Of a stretch of DNA of 64,000 bases, positions 47,381-59,646 are shown piece by piece. The translations under genes were made by a program, and so were the position numbers. The DNA is taken from positions 13,950,001-14,014,000 of the forward strand of contig OU015567.1 of assembly GCA_907165135.1 (NCBI GenBank), given 5' to 3'. The stretch comes from Oikopleura dioica. Taxonomy: Eukaryota > Animalia > Chordata. Under the pieces are notes generated by a model. It was not told where the DNA came from, did not search any database, and was given only the letters and a program-made list of their open reading frames with translations. Each line of letters opens with the position of its first letter. Position 1 is the first letter of the stretch.

Positions 47381-50300
47381 CTTCGAGTCTCAGAATCCAG
47401 CTGAAGAAATGTTCAAAAAAGTGGTCAAAACTAAAATAATCAGAAGTAAAACGCGCTAGTACAGTTTTCCTCTCCGCTCGCGTAGGAAAAGAGAGTGTTG
47501 TTTAGTAGCGTTTTTGGTGCGTTGCCAATCACGTGAGCTTCTTACTAGCTGCCCGCTACTTCCCGAAAAGAAGAACTCGGATTGGTAATTACCTTCAAGT
47601 TTATTTTTCGTTCGAGTCTTCTTTTTCTTGAGCTCTCTTGTTTTAACTGACTGTAGATCTTCTCTAGAGGTGTTAATTGTTTCTTGATCAATTGGCGATG
47701 GCGTATTTCTTCGTTGATTTCGTGTTTTTCAAGCTCTTTGGGTGAAAAAGTGTTGGAATTTTAATTGAAGGGGGTTTTCAGTAATGCTGGCGCATGGTCT
47801 GGCGTTACGGTAATCGTTCTGGCGTTAGGGCTCGGCTGAGCTGTGAGCTCGGAGAGCTAGGGAGCAGCGCGGCGCCGACACGCCCTTGAGATGGGCCCAC
47901 GCAAAGAGACAAGAAAACACCATTGGGTCATCGATCCTGCTGCTCTAGGGTCGGCCCTGCTGACAAAAATACTATCACTACTCCGACACTGTAGCAGGCT
48001 TTCTCCAGCAGGCTTTTCTATATCATTCTTTGTGTTGTATCGAGCACTAGACTGTCCGATTTCAGACCGAAAATTGAAAACAAGGATGAGTTCCTCTTTA
48101 TTGATTTAGAATCATTGGATTAAATTCCACGTGCCGAAATTTGAAAAATAGAATCTTCATCGAAAGTAGTCCTAATTTCAGCGGATGAGTTTGAAAGCTG
48201 AAAGATTGCTCATGGATTCGGAAAAAAAAGTTGTTCGCTGGCACGTTTCCAACGGGAAACGTTCGCTTCTGGCAACTCGATTTGTTGGTTTATTCAATTG
48301 GGAGGAAATAAATTCGAAAAAGTAGAACTTCCTCAAATTCGATTTATGTACGGTTGTGGACGAATTTCATAATCCTGGGCTCTTTATGAAAGTCAAAGGA
48401 AGGTCATGTAATCGCGGGTGCCGACTTGACAGGATTGCGATAACAGGACGGCTTCTTATCATTCAACGTTCGCCCGAGCAGCCAATAGACTATTGCCAAT
48501 AGAGTACTTCTTAATTTCTATTATCAAAATTATGTAAACTTTTCTTTATGTTTAACCTCAAAAATATTGGTTTTTGAAATCAACACGTGAATATTTTATT
48601 CGAATGAAAATGCGAACACGTGCTATTTGCGCCGCAGAAAATCTGCTGACTCCTGTGTTTGAGAGGAAAAGAGCAGACACTACGCGCCTCTGCAGAAAAA
48701 GAGAGTCGGTTATTACCCCTTTTTGAAGCGTTTTTTTATCGGTCAGAAAACAAGAGACGCAGCGTTAATCGATTTTAGCTTTTTTATTCAGCGATGTGTA
48801 CAAAGAGTGACGGAGTATTAGAATTATAAATTATAACTGTATATATACAGTAACAGGCGCACAAATCAATGATTCAGTGCCTTTTCGAAAAATGGTATTG
48901 ACAGTTCTCAAACTATTCTATATAAATTATTTATGCTTCTACGTGAATTCTATGATTCAAGTTAAATATTAAGTATTTAAGAATTATCCATAGAATTGAG
49001 TGACTCTTGCGCAAGGGTCATCTCCAGTTGAGTTGGTCTTGTTTCTCCTCTGTACAAATTAAAAGTTAGTGATGGCCGGAGATCAAATATTCAAGTAGTA
49101 AAAGAGTCGAACTGATATTTTTATTTGTTTGAAGTCTGCTGAAAAAGTATTTGATAGCAATTCTTTTATAAAAATTCTCAGTCAATCTAAAGCAAATGTT
49201 GATGGATAAGTTGTTGATGCCATCAACTTGATGGTAGCAATATATAATATGAAATAAAGATAAGGCCACTTGATAACAAATTATTACTCTTTTATATTGA
49301 TAATATCATATAAAGAGAAAAATGAGAATATGAAATATGAAATTAATTTATTAAATTGTAAAAAGAGATTTTATTGTGTTGATGAAAAAAGTCGAATGAG
49401 TTTGAGAAGCTTTTGCAAAACGTGTATTTTTGATATTTACGCTAGTGATTTCGTTTCGGATCAGTTGACATTTTTACTAGTGCTTCGAAAATAAATGGAT
49501 TGTACTACTACTGGCACGAGGCTAGTTGCCACCCTAGTCGTAGTGCTCTGGTTGCTAACGCTGGAGTAGTAGAGAGCCTGCCAAGCGATACCGTACCAGA
49601 CTGCGTCTTAACTAGCCAGAACGCGCTGCTTCGAATAGTCATCATTCTGCAGGGGGTGATGTAATTAGCCCCATTTTTATCATTAGCTCTCCCGCCGAGA
49701 TACGGCACTAGCAACCTTAGCCCGTCGTTAGTGGATTAGCCAGAAAAGGAGAAAAACTTTAGTTGATCCTGCCCAGTCAGTACGTGATCAGGGCGGGCTC
49801 CCTGTCCGAGACACCAACAATTTGAGCGAAGCAGCGGCTTCTGATCAATTCTTGAGCTATTCTCGACATCCAAACCAATTTGTCTTCAGATTTCGATGAT
49901 CAGAACAATAAGTCGAGGGAAATAAAGTTGAGGCTAAATAAAAAGCGCTAGTAACGCGTGTGTTAAGCGGATTTATTATGGATATTTACATGGTAAATTT
50001 AATATAGGTACTTAATATGTACATGTAAACAGTTTCATAACATTCATACTTCCCGGCGCGTATGTAAAAGAATAAACAATGAAACTATCAGGATGAAGTA
50101 TCAACACCTGATGACTGGATGATGAAAATGAAGGATAAGATGTTTGGCGCGGTAGATTCTTTATTGTTGACCTCTTTTTCATATTTATAATATCAACCCC
50201 TTGTTTGATCCAAAGTAGCTTGCTTCAGTCTGCAGATTCTGACCATACTCTGGTCACCACAGGGAAGCTGAATGATGAACGTTCAAATACTTCAATAAAT

Positions 50301-50438
50301 ACTTAATGGTATAATTAATGACAAAACAATTCAATATTCGACTTCCACAGTTTTTATTTCTATCAGAAATCACAACTAAAAATGGCATCGTAAACTTCGA
50401 CTTCTTTTCGGATTGATTCTGAAAAAGTGGCATTTTTA

Positions 50439-52940
50439 TTAATTTGGATTCGATTTGATCACCTTCTGGTCGTATTCCAAAGGTGGGACACATTCATCGT
50501 CGTTTGTTCTTGAAAACGGAAGTAAAGGAGCCAAAACTTCGCGGGAATTAGCGTTACCTTTGTTGAATCCTGAGACTGAGTGGCGCACAGCTTCCGCCAG
50601 ATTCAACTCAAAAGCACGTAGACCTTCGTGTTCGGAGCTAATAATATTTAATCAGTTTAAAATTTTGTTACCGGCCGTTTTTGGTCAATATTGACCTTGG
50701 TTCAAGCTTTGGAGTTCAGAAAAAGAGCTTCACTATTTTATTTTGCCGAGTTAACAAACTTACGATTCTTTCTTGGGATCATAGACGAAATCTTCCGGTC
50801 GCAATTTACAGTCCATCCGGTCCAGATTGTAAAGGTAGTTAAAGTGCGAGACAAAAAATGGCACTGGAAATGACATGCACAAAATGCCTGAGCAAGTGTG
50901 ATTTTTCAGAAAAAATGGGCTCCAAAATTTAAAATCTTTGCTAATTTGCTAAAAAACACACGTTCCCATCATGGCGCAAATCGAGCCAAAGATTTTTCCA
51001 CAAATAGTTCTGGGAACTACATCGCCGTATCCGACCGTCGTCATTGTAATGATAGCAAACCAAATTCCTTAATGACAAGAGAATTATTGACGAACATTAT
51101 TTGAGGCTAAATAAAAGAACACCTTCAGGAATGGATGTTATCTCGTTGCTTTCCCCATCTGCCTCCATTATATAAACCTAAAAAGGGCAATTTGCTAATT
51201 ACAGAAAGACCTCGCGCGAAATGGCAAATTAACAAACCACGGAGCCGAAAGTGACCGCCAGCACCATTTGGAAGAAAACCAAAAGAAACAGTAATCTGGA
51301 GAAATGATTCAAAAAGATAATTGCCCGTATTAAAAGTCATTGCCCAGGGTCAAGAAATGTTGTTATCAGAATCATTTCCTTGCTGATTTTTGAACAGTAA
51401 GAGCGAGTATTCGAAGACCACGCGAGTACCGGGAAAGTTTGAGGATGCGAAATGCCCTTAGAAAGTTAACCGAGAGAATCAGCCCGTTTTGTTTGATCAC
51501 GCGAGCTGAAGTTCGGAAGCGGTTACTTCCGGAAGTTCCGGATGAAGCAATTTTTTCATGAAAATCTAGATGCAACTGCCGAACAGATCGAAGCAATTAT
51601 CAAAGTCGCCTGGAGCGATTCTTATTAATAATATTCTCTCGTATAACCTTCCTTAGAATCCTCGCAGAACGAATGAAGGTGACCATTTGGGGCTGCCACG
51701 TGGTCACGTGCGAACCTAGTGTTTCCCGCAAACGCGATGAAATTTCGATAGCTAGAGAAGATTTTCCGTTTTCATTTAGATACTGTTCTCTTACCAGTAA
51801 CAAGAAAGTAAGGAATAATTGCAATAAAGTCGATTATATTCATCAACTGCGACATAAACTCTGTTCTGCTCGGACAGCTCAGGAAACGAATAATAAATTC
51901 GAAAATGAACCAGCCGACGCAAACAGATTCGATGAAAAATAAATTTCCCAGATCGGAATCCATCGACGATCCGGAGCGGCCCCGTGACTCGCCGGCTAAG
52001 TGGTGGTGTTCGATATCGATGTCGGGAAAAGTCTCGATGCAGAAGACGACCATTGATAAGATAATTGCTTGTTGAAATTGACAACTTGTTTTTCAATTTA
52101 GTAAAGAGCTTTTGAGTCAATTTTCCTGTAATAGAAATGAGCGAGACAATCCTCGCGACAGAGGATGTCTCGGGCCTGTCGAATGTCGCCCAGATTAGCT
52201 CTCGCTTTGTTCTGATCGGGCGAATAATCTCATTTTCTTCCAAGAGTAAACCTTCTATGTCGAGAAAGTCTTTAATCGCCGAATACGACAGTCGGTAAAA
52301 CGTCAGCTCACTCAAGAAGATGTCGATGGGGATGATGTCGGGTCGGATTAAACTGCCCCCGCGCATTAGGAAAGAAGAAATCACCTAAAATTACCAGAAC
52401 TAACTATTGAATATTGAAAGTTTGTAGGAGTTGTGAACAGTAGTTTTTTCTCAGCTACCTCAAAAGTACCACGATGGCGGTCGATGAAATATTCAGATCG
52501 TTGTTGGTCCCAGTAGATCTTCTCAAAATCTGAAAGCGCCCAAGAATAATATTGAAACGAAAACATTGGGTTCTCAGGTACCGGCGGAGCCGAGAAGTGT
52601 TGTCGGGTGATGGAGCTTCACGTGATCCATATTGATGTGGAATCGCTGTCCGCTGACGTTGACGACGGCCCATTCGTCTTTTGGGACGAAGGGATCCGGC
52701 AGCTCCGAGAATTCAAGAGGGATGGGGGTGACAGTTCTTGGTGAAAACGGATTTTGAAAACGGATTTTTCAGATCTCCTTGATACCTAGTAATCGTCGGG
52801 CTAGAATCATTCGTCCTTGTAGACACGGAAGAATATCGATGCCTCGAAGACGCTGCAAAAGATTTAATAAGTTTTCTCTGATTATGCGCGAATTCCAAGG
52901 CTCTTTGTCGACGAAGAGGCCTTTTATAACGACTTCTCAT
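50439..52940 (-). CDS. Shaker-related voltage-gated K+ channel (Kv1-like)
   Basis: T1 domain (VVNVSGQRF; EYFIDRHR; [10 protein letters not shown]), S1-S3 (VFCIETFP; [12 protein letters not shown]), S4 [17 protein letters not shown], pore TTVGYGD at 51041-51021, and [12 protein letters not shown]. The termini are approximate. Confidence 0.92.
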
Positions 52941-53824
52941 GAAATCATTTTTTGAGATAAAATCGTTTGAATCAAACGATTTTTAAAGAAGGCGAAATTG
53001 AAATCGACTTACTGGGACTTGGAGAAAGAAGATAATCGCTCTCGGTGGAGCGACTCTGTGCGCTAAAGCGAGGATTAGTTTTCCGCGAAATATGGAATGG
53101 CGACTTTTTTCGACTTATGGTCTGTTTTTTGATAATCCCTTCCTGTCTGGCCGACCTGGAGGCGGACGTGCAAAGGGCGTCTTAAATTTAACGGATAGTA
53201 ATTTTTTGTTTGGCTAAGTGAGCTTTCTATCTTACCAGGTACTTCATGAAGAGTTGAACTTCTCTTTTTGTGGACCTAGGGAACGTCGAGAGATCGCACA
53301 AAGTCAATTATTTAAGAACAAGTGAGTGTTGAATATTTGAGACGATAGAAACAACTGTCCGATCTGCCACGCTTGAAGTTCTCTCCCTGACATATTGAAG
53401 GAAAATTTATATTCGCAGACAAATTAAGAGGTGAAAAAGGGACTTTATTCCGCTCATTATTGGGTTTAAGCGCTGTCAACAGACGTGATTTGAAACAGAC
53501 CAAATGAAAATATTATCGATTCATATCAAGAGTCTAGATTCAATAGGAAGGAAATTCACAATAAAAAGGATGTGCTCAAGATGATTGCGTCCATGATTTC
53601 GTCACTGTAGGAGTGCAGAAAGAAGAAGACAAGTAGGAAGTAATCCCGATCGACACTGCCGATGCTCCTGTCCTGAGTGATTAAGGCAATGCTTCTGTGG
53701 TATCTCTTGCTCGATTTGACGGAAAACTCTCGATTCAACTTATTAAGTCTTGTAAAATTGATATTTAAAATATAATAGAGATTTAGAAACTTGCTTTATA
53801 AGTTGGCTTCATCCAGCGATTCTC

Positions 53825-53943
53825 GCTTAGCGTCATACCGCGTAGAATAAACCAGTTCTCGTCCGATCACTGAAGTCAAACTACGACGGGCGGGGTTAGT
53901 ACTTACATGGGTGACCGGTTGGGAATACCTAGTGCGCTAAGCA
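53825..53943 (+). rRNA. 5S: 5S rRNA copy 1
   Basis: GCTTAGC..GCTAAGC terminal helix, internal GGTTAGTACTT..ATGGGTGACC..TGGGAATACC, and a downstream T-run. Confidence 0.95.
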
Positions 53944-54208
53944 TTTTGACTTTTTCAAATGAGTAGCATCATTTTTCTGCATGGTAACTTTTGCACCGCT
54001 AATACCGCAAAAGTGATGAAGAATCAAGTCAACAATCATTGAAGACAGTCACCATGTTTGCGTGAGGCAAGCATTTCGATTTGAGCTTGCCTGGCGGGCG
54101 GCGTAACATTTGAGAAAAGCGCCCTCTGCCGCGCGCTTTTCTGAAAGAGGCCGAAAATAGGAGCGAGCAGCGACAAAACGACCTCGAAATCAAGCACCCC
54201 TCCTCTTC

Positions 54209-54300
54209 ACTCATCCCATTTTTGAGTCCGATTTCGATTGTCTAACAGGTAAGAATCGTCTCCATGCCCTCTCTCTCCTATCCCTCTCGCCTCTCACAAA
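54209..54300 (+). ncRNA. SL: Spliced-leader RNA copy 1 (exon 54209-54248; 3' end approximate)
   Basis: ACTCATCCCATTTTTGAGTCCGATTTCGATTGTCTAACAG followed by a GTAAG donor. It matches the 40-nt O. dioica SL as I recall it. Confidence 0.9.
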
Positions 54301-54609
54301 CAAAAACATCTTTGATAAAAGTTCACCCACTGTGATGAACAACCCAACGACGTGCTTTTTCAAGTTTCCCGTATTTCAAAAACCCACTTCCACTTTTATG
54401 AAAAAACACGTCGTAGGGCTGGACGCGCTTTTTTAAGGTTGTGCAAGTTATTTTTCCAGCTTTTTCATTGAAATACCCGGAGCTTCATAACTTCTAACTG
54501 AAGGTGGTCACGTACGCCTTCAGGCAGACATAAGCGCGACTAAAGCTTTCAAGTTCGGAGTGAGTACACGTGACGGATTGTGATCCTGTAGGGAGTGTGT
54601 CATTTTCTG

Positions 54610-54702
54610 TGTTGTAAGAGGCGAGAGGGATAGGAGAGAGAAGGCATGGAGACGATTCTTACCTGTTAGACAATCGAAATCGGACTCAAAAATGGGATGA
54701 GT
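54610..54702 (-). ncRNA. SL: Spliced-leader RNA copy 2 (exon 54702-54663)
   Basis: Same 40-nt exon plus GTAAG on the minus strand. Confidence 0.9.
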
Positions 54703-54959
54703 AAAGAGAGAGGGTGCTTGATTTCGAGGTCGTTTTGTCGCTGCACGCTCCTATTTTCGGCCTCTTTTCAGAAAAGCGCGCGGTAGAGGGCGCTTTTGAC
54801 ATGGACACGCCGCCCCGCCAAGCACCCTTCACTCTCAATGCTTACCTCACGCAAATACTGTGACTTTCTTAAATGAAAGATGACTTGATTCATCAGCGAT
54901 TTTATGCGGAAGTGTTTTTGCAGGAAAAAGGACTTTCCAATTTTGAAAAAATTAAAAAT

Positions 54960-55077
54960 GCTTAGCGCACGAGGTATTCCCAACCGGTCACCCATGTAAG
55001 TACTAACCCCGCCCGTCGTAGTTTGACTTCAGTGATCGGACGAGAACTGGTTTATTCTACGCGGTATGACGCTAAGC
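54960..55077 (-). rRNA. 5S: 5S rRNA copy 2
   Basis: Reverse complement of copy 1, with one difference. Confidence 0.95.
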
Positions 55078-55216
55078 GAAGGATGTAGGTTCTATGGACA
55101 TTATATGTCCAATTTTTAAATTTAGATTATGTGTATTCAGATTAATAATCTGTTTTACTATCGTTGAATATATAGCCACCGTGGAACTTGTAAAATGTGA
55201 GTACTGTTATTCTTAG

Positions 55217-55702
55217 ATTCGCGAATTGATAATGGTCCAGTAGTCAACTCCCAAGTGGACAAAATTGGGTCATTTTTTCATGAAAAAGACGGTATATGGG
55301 CAAATGCAAAAACGGTCCAATGGTTCCCTTGGCAATGTTCAAATGGAAAATTTTATCTGTTGGCCAAATGGACAGTAGTCTGTGTAAATCTCAATTTGAG
55401 ACCCTCAAATTGTTAAATGTAAACCAATGCTCTTACGGTCCAATGAATCATTGGAAATGATCCAAAGGTCAGATGGTAAGTATGGGCATTCGTGTGTTTT
55501 CATTAAACAATTTGAGGGTCTTAAATTGAGATTTTAACAGACAACTGTCCGTTTGGCCAACATATAAAATTTTTCATTTGATCATTGCCAATGGAAGCAT
55601 TGGATTGTTTTAGCATTTGTCCATAAACCGTCTTTTTCATGAAAAATAACCCAATTTTGTCCACTTGGGAGTTGACTATTGGACCATTGTCAATTTGCAA
55701 AT
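55217..55702. mobile_element. Foldback/MITE-like element with imperfect arms of about 190 bp
   Basis: About 55217-55413 and 55506-55702 are reverse complements (e.g. AATGGTCCAGTAGTCAACTCCCAAGTGGACAAAATTGGG). TSD not found. Confidence 0.75.
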
Positions 55703-55912
55703 TGTGGGGTAGTGCGAGGCGGTACCGACTTTATACTTGCTCCAGAAACTGCTCCAGAAATCGGAACCTACGCTTGAATGGACTGAACGGCTTCTCGGAG
55801 AAAAACAAGGAGGAAAAGAGCTCATCAATTTTTCGCAAGAACAATAATTTCAAACATCATTTACTGCCCGTTTAACTCTGTATTCAATTTTAAAATATAA
55901 TTTAAAACATAA

Positions 55913-57079
55913 TTTTAAAATATTGTACTTCCCTTTTTCGCTGCCGGCTTCTCCTCGTGTTCAATACAGTTCTCCAGGAACATGTCGTATGTGATCAGCG
56001 GATACTGATCCAGGGAGTCCCAGGTGCGACGCTAGAGAGTTGAAAATGGGTCCGGATCATTAGCACCTTTTCCCTTGATGTACTCCTGGAGAGCTCGCTG
56101 GAGAAATGCTTTTCAGGAAATTTTCAAAAAGTCAATTAATAGTAAATTGCACCCAAATGTGCTACTCTCTTGCGCTAAAGATCAAATTTTGCACTTTTTC
56201 TTCCTTCCGGTAAAATCGGCATTTCACTGGTAGGAAATTTCGGATGCTCATCTCAGTCGCCGTTGTCATAAAGTCGCAGTGCTAGATTCGAAAGATTTAC
56301 AAAAACAAGAATAACATTCAAATATCAAATGGTAAATATAATCGAACCTTATTTTTATTCACGAAGTACAATGGCCCCTCTAAGTAGGAGCTAAAACAGT
56401 CTAGTTTCTGATTCGTCTTCGGGTAGATTTCTTTGGAAAATGTCTCAATTACGAGACATTTCCTTTAATAAATCACAGGCTCTCCATCCTGGTCCATACC
56501 AAGAGTCTGTTATAGTTAGACACAGTATATCAACATTGAATTAAACAAACTCAAAACCGCGCACTTAAGCGCAAACTTTTGCGCGCATTTTCTTTTATTG
56601 TTTCTTTCTAGACTTGCTCAAAGTGATTGCATGATTGGTGCACCCATCACATGGGAAACCATTTTTACGAGAAAAAGAGATGATTTTGAGTAAGGGTTAG
56701 GGTTAAAGTTAGTTGATAGATAAGATAAAGGATGACGTTAAGATATAAAATAACAATAGGTCTAACAATAAAAGAGAATTTCAAAGCTAGAATTTACCCC
56801 TCTCATGTCGACAGATGCCGACGAGCTCGAGCTCTAAAATTAAGATTCTTTGAAAATCAAAAAGGAGACCCATAGACTTTTGGCCATAGTTTACCAGATC
56901 ACCGGACGACTCCGAAAAACGTCACTATCGCAGCTTCCGTCATTCGTGACAGACGGAATCTTGAAAACATCCATACGATCCATAATTTCGATGGACGAGG
57001 ACTGAGGGAGCAGAGGAGCTAGATTTTTCAGAGAGGTCCCCATCGTTGACCTTAGCGTCGGAAGCGGCCGCATTGGCAA
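55913..57079 (-). CDS. Possible small spliced gene in the inverted-repeat spacer
   Basis: Exon-like stretches: MPMRPLPTL.., DFMTTATEMSIRNFLPVKCRFY and RRTWDSLDQYPLITYDMFLENCIEHEEKP..TIF*. No family recognised. Confidence 0.3.
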
Positions 57080-58085
57080 CTTCGGTCACGCTCGCGACTG
57101 GCACTTAGAACAAATCTTTACCCCTCTTTTTGCGCAAGAAAAATGACCCTAGAAAGTCCACAAGCAATTACAGTATTCAAATCCCTTAGAAGAGCGCAGT
57201 CATCTCAATCAACTTGAGATTCTCCCTCTATAATTAGCGCGTCATACTTTTTCCTAGCGATTTCAATTTATTGCTCACGAAATTTATGGGCTCGGATGTA
57301 CAATATACTTACAAACACACTAAAAAGCGACCTTGCTCTTCATCAGTTATTTTTGTGCATTAGAAAGAAAAAGCTGAAGCTGCTTGTTTTTGTCTACAAA
57401 AAGAAACAGACAAAAACAGCCTTGATTGACTCCTCCTTGATTTCGAAAGAAAAATTGGATTGACTGATGATCCTCTCAAACTGCTGCAGCTTGAAAATTG
57501 CTTTTCAGCAACACTGAAACAATTCATCAGCTGTCCGTGCTTCAGACAGTAGGAGTGCGACTGTATCAATTCAGAATACTGAGAGATCGATAAATATTTG
57601 AGCCGAGCTTCTTTCTGATCCGATCATTTGCTCAGGTTAAAAGCGTAATCACGTAGAATTTATGCTCCAGGGAGACGTAAAATTCTATGGCGCGAAAATT
57701 CAATTGAATGAAAATGCCACTCTTTTTCTTTAAATTATGATCTGCTGCTGAGTTAATTTTCCAAATTGAAAGACTAAATGAAGAAAAAAACACTTTACGG
57801 CTCCTCTGATACGTAGGTAGTAAGTAGGCTTGTGAGTGTGGGGTGGTGCGAGGCGCTGCCGTGCGCTCCCTGCCTCAGCCCTTTCCGAGGAGGAGAGTCA
57901 GTCCGTCTTTAGGGCCCAACCAAGCCAGGTCTCGACTTTTAAATATCTTAGAATTACAGTGCTCACATTTTACAAGTTCCACGGTGGTTATATATTCAAC
58001 GATAGTAAAACAGATTATTAATCTGAATACACATAATCTAAATTTAAAAATTGGACATATAATGTCCATAGAACCTACATCCTTC

Positions 58086-58203
58086 GCTTAGCGTCATACC
58101 GCGTAGAATAAACCAGTTCTCGTCCGATCACTGAAGTCAAACTACGACGGGCGGGGTTAGTACTTACATGGGTGACCGGTTGGGAATACCTCGTGCGCTA
58201 AGC
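58086..58203 (+). rRNA. 5S: 5S rRNA copy 3
   Basis: Same sequence as copy 2. Confidence 0.95.
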
Positions 58204-58462
58204 ATTTTTAATTTTTTTCAAAATTGGAAAGTCCTTTTTCCTGCAAAAACACTTCCGCATAAAATCGCTGATGAATCAAGTCATCTTTCATTTAAGAAAG
58301 TCACAGTATTTGCGTGAGGTAAGCATTGAGAGTGAAGGGTGCTTGGCGGGGCGGCGTGTCCATGTCAAAAAGCGCCCTCTACCGCGCGCTTTTCTGAAAA
58401 GAGGCCGAAAATAGGAGCGTGCAGCGACAAAACGACCTCGAAATCAAGCACCCTCTCTCTTT

Positions 58463-58555
58463 ACTCATCCCATTTTTGAGTCCGATTTCGATTGTCTAAC
58501 AGGTAAGAATCGTCTCCATGCCTTCTCTCTCCTATCCCTCTCGCCTCTTACAACA
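58463..58555 (+). ncRNA. SL: Spliced-leader RNA copy 3 (exon 58463-58502)
   Basis: Same 40-nt exon plus GTAAG. Confidence 0.9.
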
Positions 58556-58862
58556 CAGAAAATGACACACTCCCTACAGGATCACAATCCGTCACGTGTA
58601 CTCACTCCGAACTTGAAAGCTTTAGTCGCGCTTATGTCTGCCTGAAGGCGTACGTGACCACCTTCAGTTAGAAGTTATGAAGCTCCGGGTATTTCAATGA
58701 AAAAGCTGGAAAAATAACTTGCACAACCTTAAAAAAGCGCGTCCAGCCCTACGACGTGTTTTTTCATAAAAGTGGAAGTGGGTTTTTGAAATACGGGAAA
58801 CTTGAAAAAGCACGTCGTTGGGTTGTTCATCACAGTGGGTGAACTTTTATCAAAGATGTTTT

Positions 58863-58954
58863 TGTTTGTGAGAGGCGAGAGGGATAGGAGAGAGGGCATG
58901 GAGACGATTCTTACCTGTTAGACAATCGAAATCGGACTCAAAAATGGGATGAGT
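58863..58954 (-). ncRNA. SL: Spliced-leader RNA copy 4 (exon 58954-58915)
   Basis: Same 40-nt exon plus GTAAG on the minus strand. Confidence 0.9.
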
Positions 58955-59223
58955 GAAGAGGAGGGGTGCTTGATTTCGAGGTCGTTTTGTCGCTGCTCGC
59001 TCCTATTTTCGGCCTCTTTTCAGAAAAGCGCGCGGCAGAGGGCGCTTTTTCTCAAATGTTACGCCGCCCGCCAGGCAAGCTCAAATCGAAATGCTTGCCT
59101 CACGCAAACATGGTGACTGTCTTCAATGATTGTTGACTTGATTCTTCATCACTTTTGCGGTATTAGCGGTGCAAAAGTTACCATGCAGAAAAAATGATGC
59201 TACTCATTTGAAAAAGTCAAAAT

Positions 59224-59341
59224 GCTTAGCGCACGAGGTATTCCCAACCGGTCACCCATGTAAGTACTAACCCCGCCCGTCGTAGTTTGACTTCAGTGAT
59301 CGGACGAGAACTGGTTTATTCTACGCGGTATGACGCTAAGC
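59224..59341 (-). rRNA. 5S: 5S rRNA copy 4
   Basis: Reverse complement of copy 3. Confidence 0.95.
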
Positions 59342-59646
59342 GAGGACCGCTGGATGAAGCCAACTTATAAAGCAAGTTTCTAAATCAGTATTTTAATCAT
59401 TGAATATCGCAAACATTTTCATTTGGTCTGTTTCAAATCACGTCTGTTGACAGCGCTAAAACCCAATAATGAGCGGAATAAAGTCGCTTTTTCGCCTCTC
59501 AATTTGTCTGCGAATATATATTCTCCTTCAATATGTCAGGGAGAGAACTTCAAGCGTGGCAGATCGGACAGTTGTTTCTATCGTCTCAAATATTCAACAC
59601 TCACTTGTTCTTAAATAATTGACTTTGTGCGATCTCTCGACGTTCC

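Noticed and set aside
49501-49760. TAG-rich island starting with TG, considered as a solo LTR
   Set aside because: No terminal inverted repeat, TSD or second copy in the window.
49762-49773. GTTGATCCTGCC resembling the 18S rRNA 5' end
   Set aside because: Similarity stops after 12 nt and no rRNA sequence follows.
53312-53503. Duplicated 63-aa ORF (also 59423-59614)
   Set aside because: It is duplicated only because it lies in the inverted-repeat arms. It has a non-ATG start and no coding features.
55697-55725. AAATTGTGGGGTAGTG resembling the U1 snRNA Sm region
   Set aside because: There is no U1 5' end (ATACTTACCTG) or stem-loops upstream; the upstream DNA is the foldback element.
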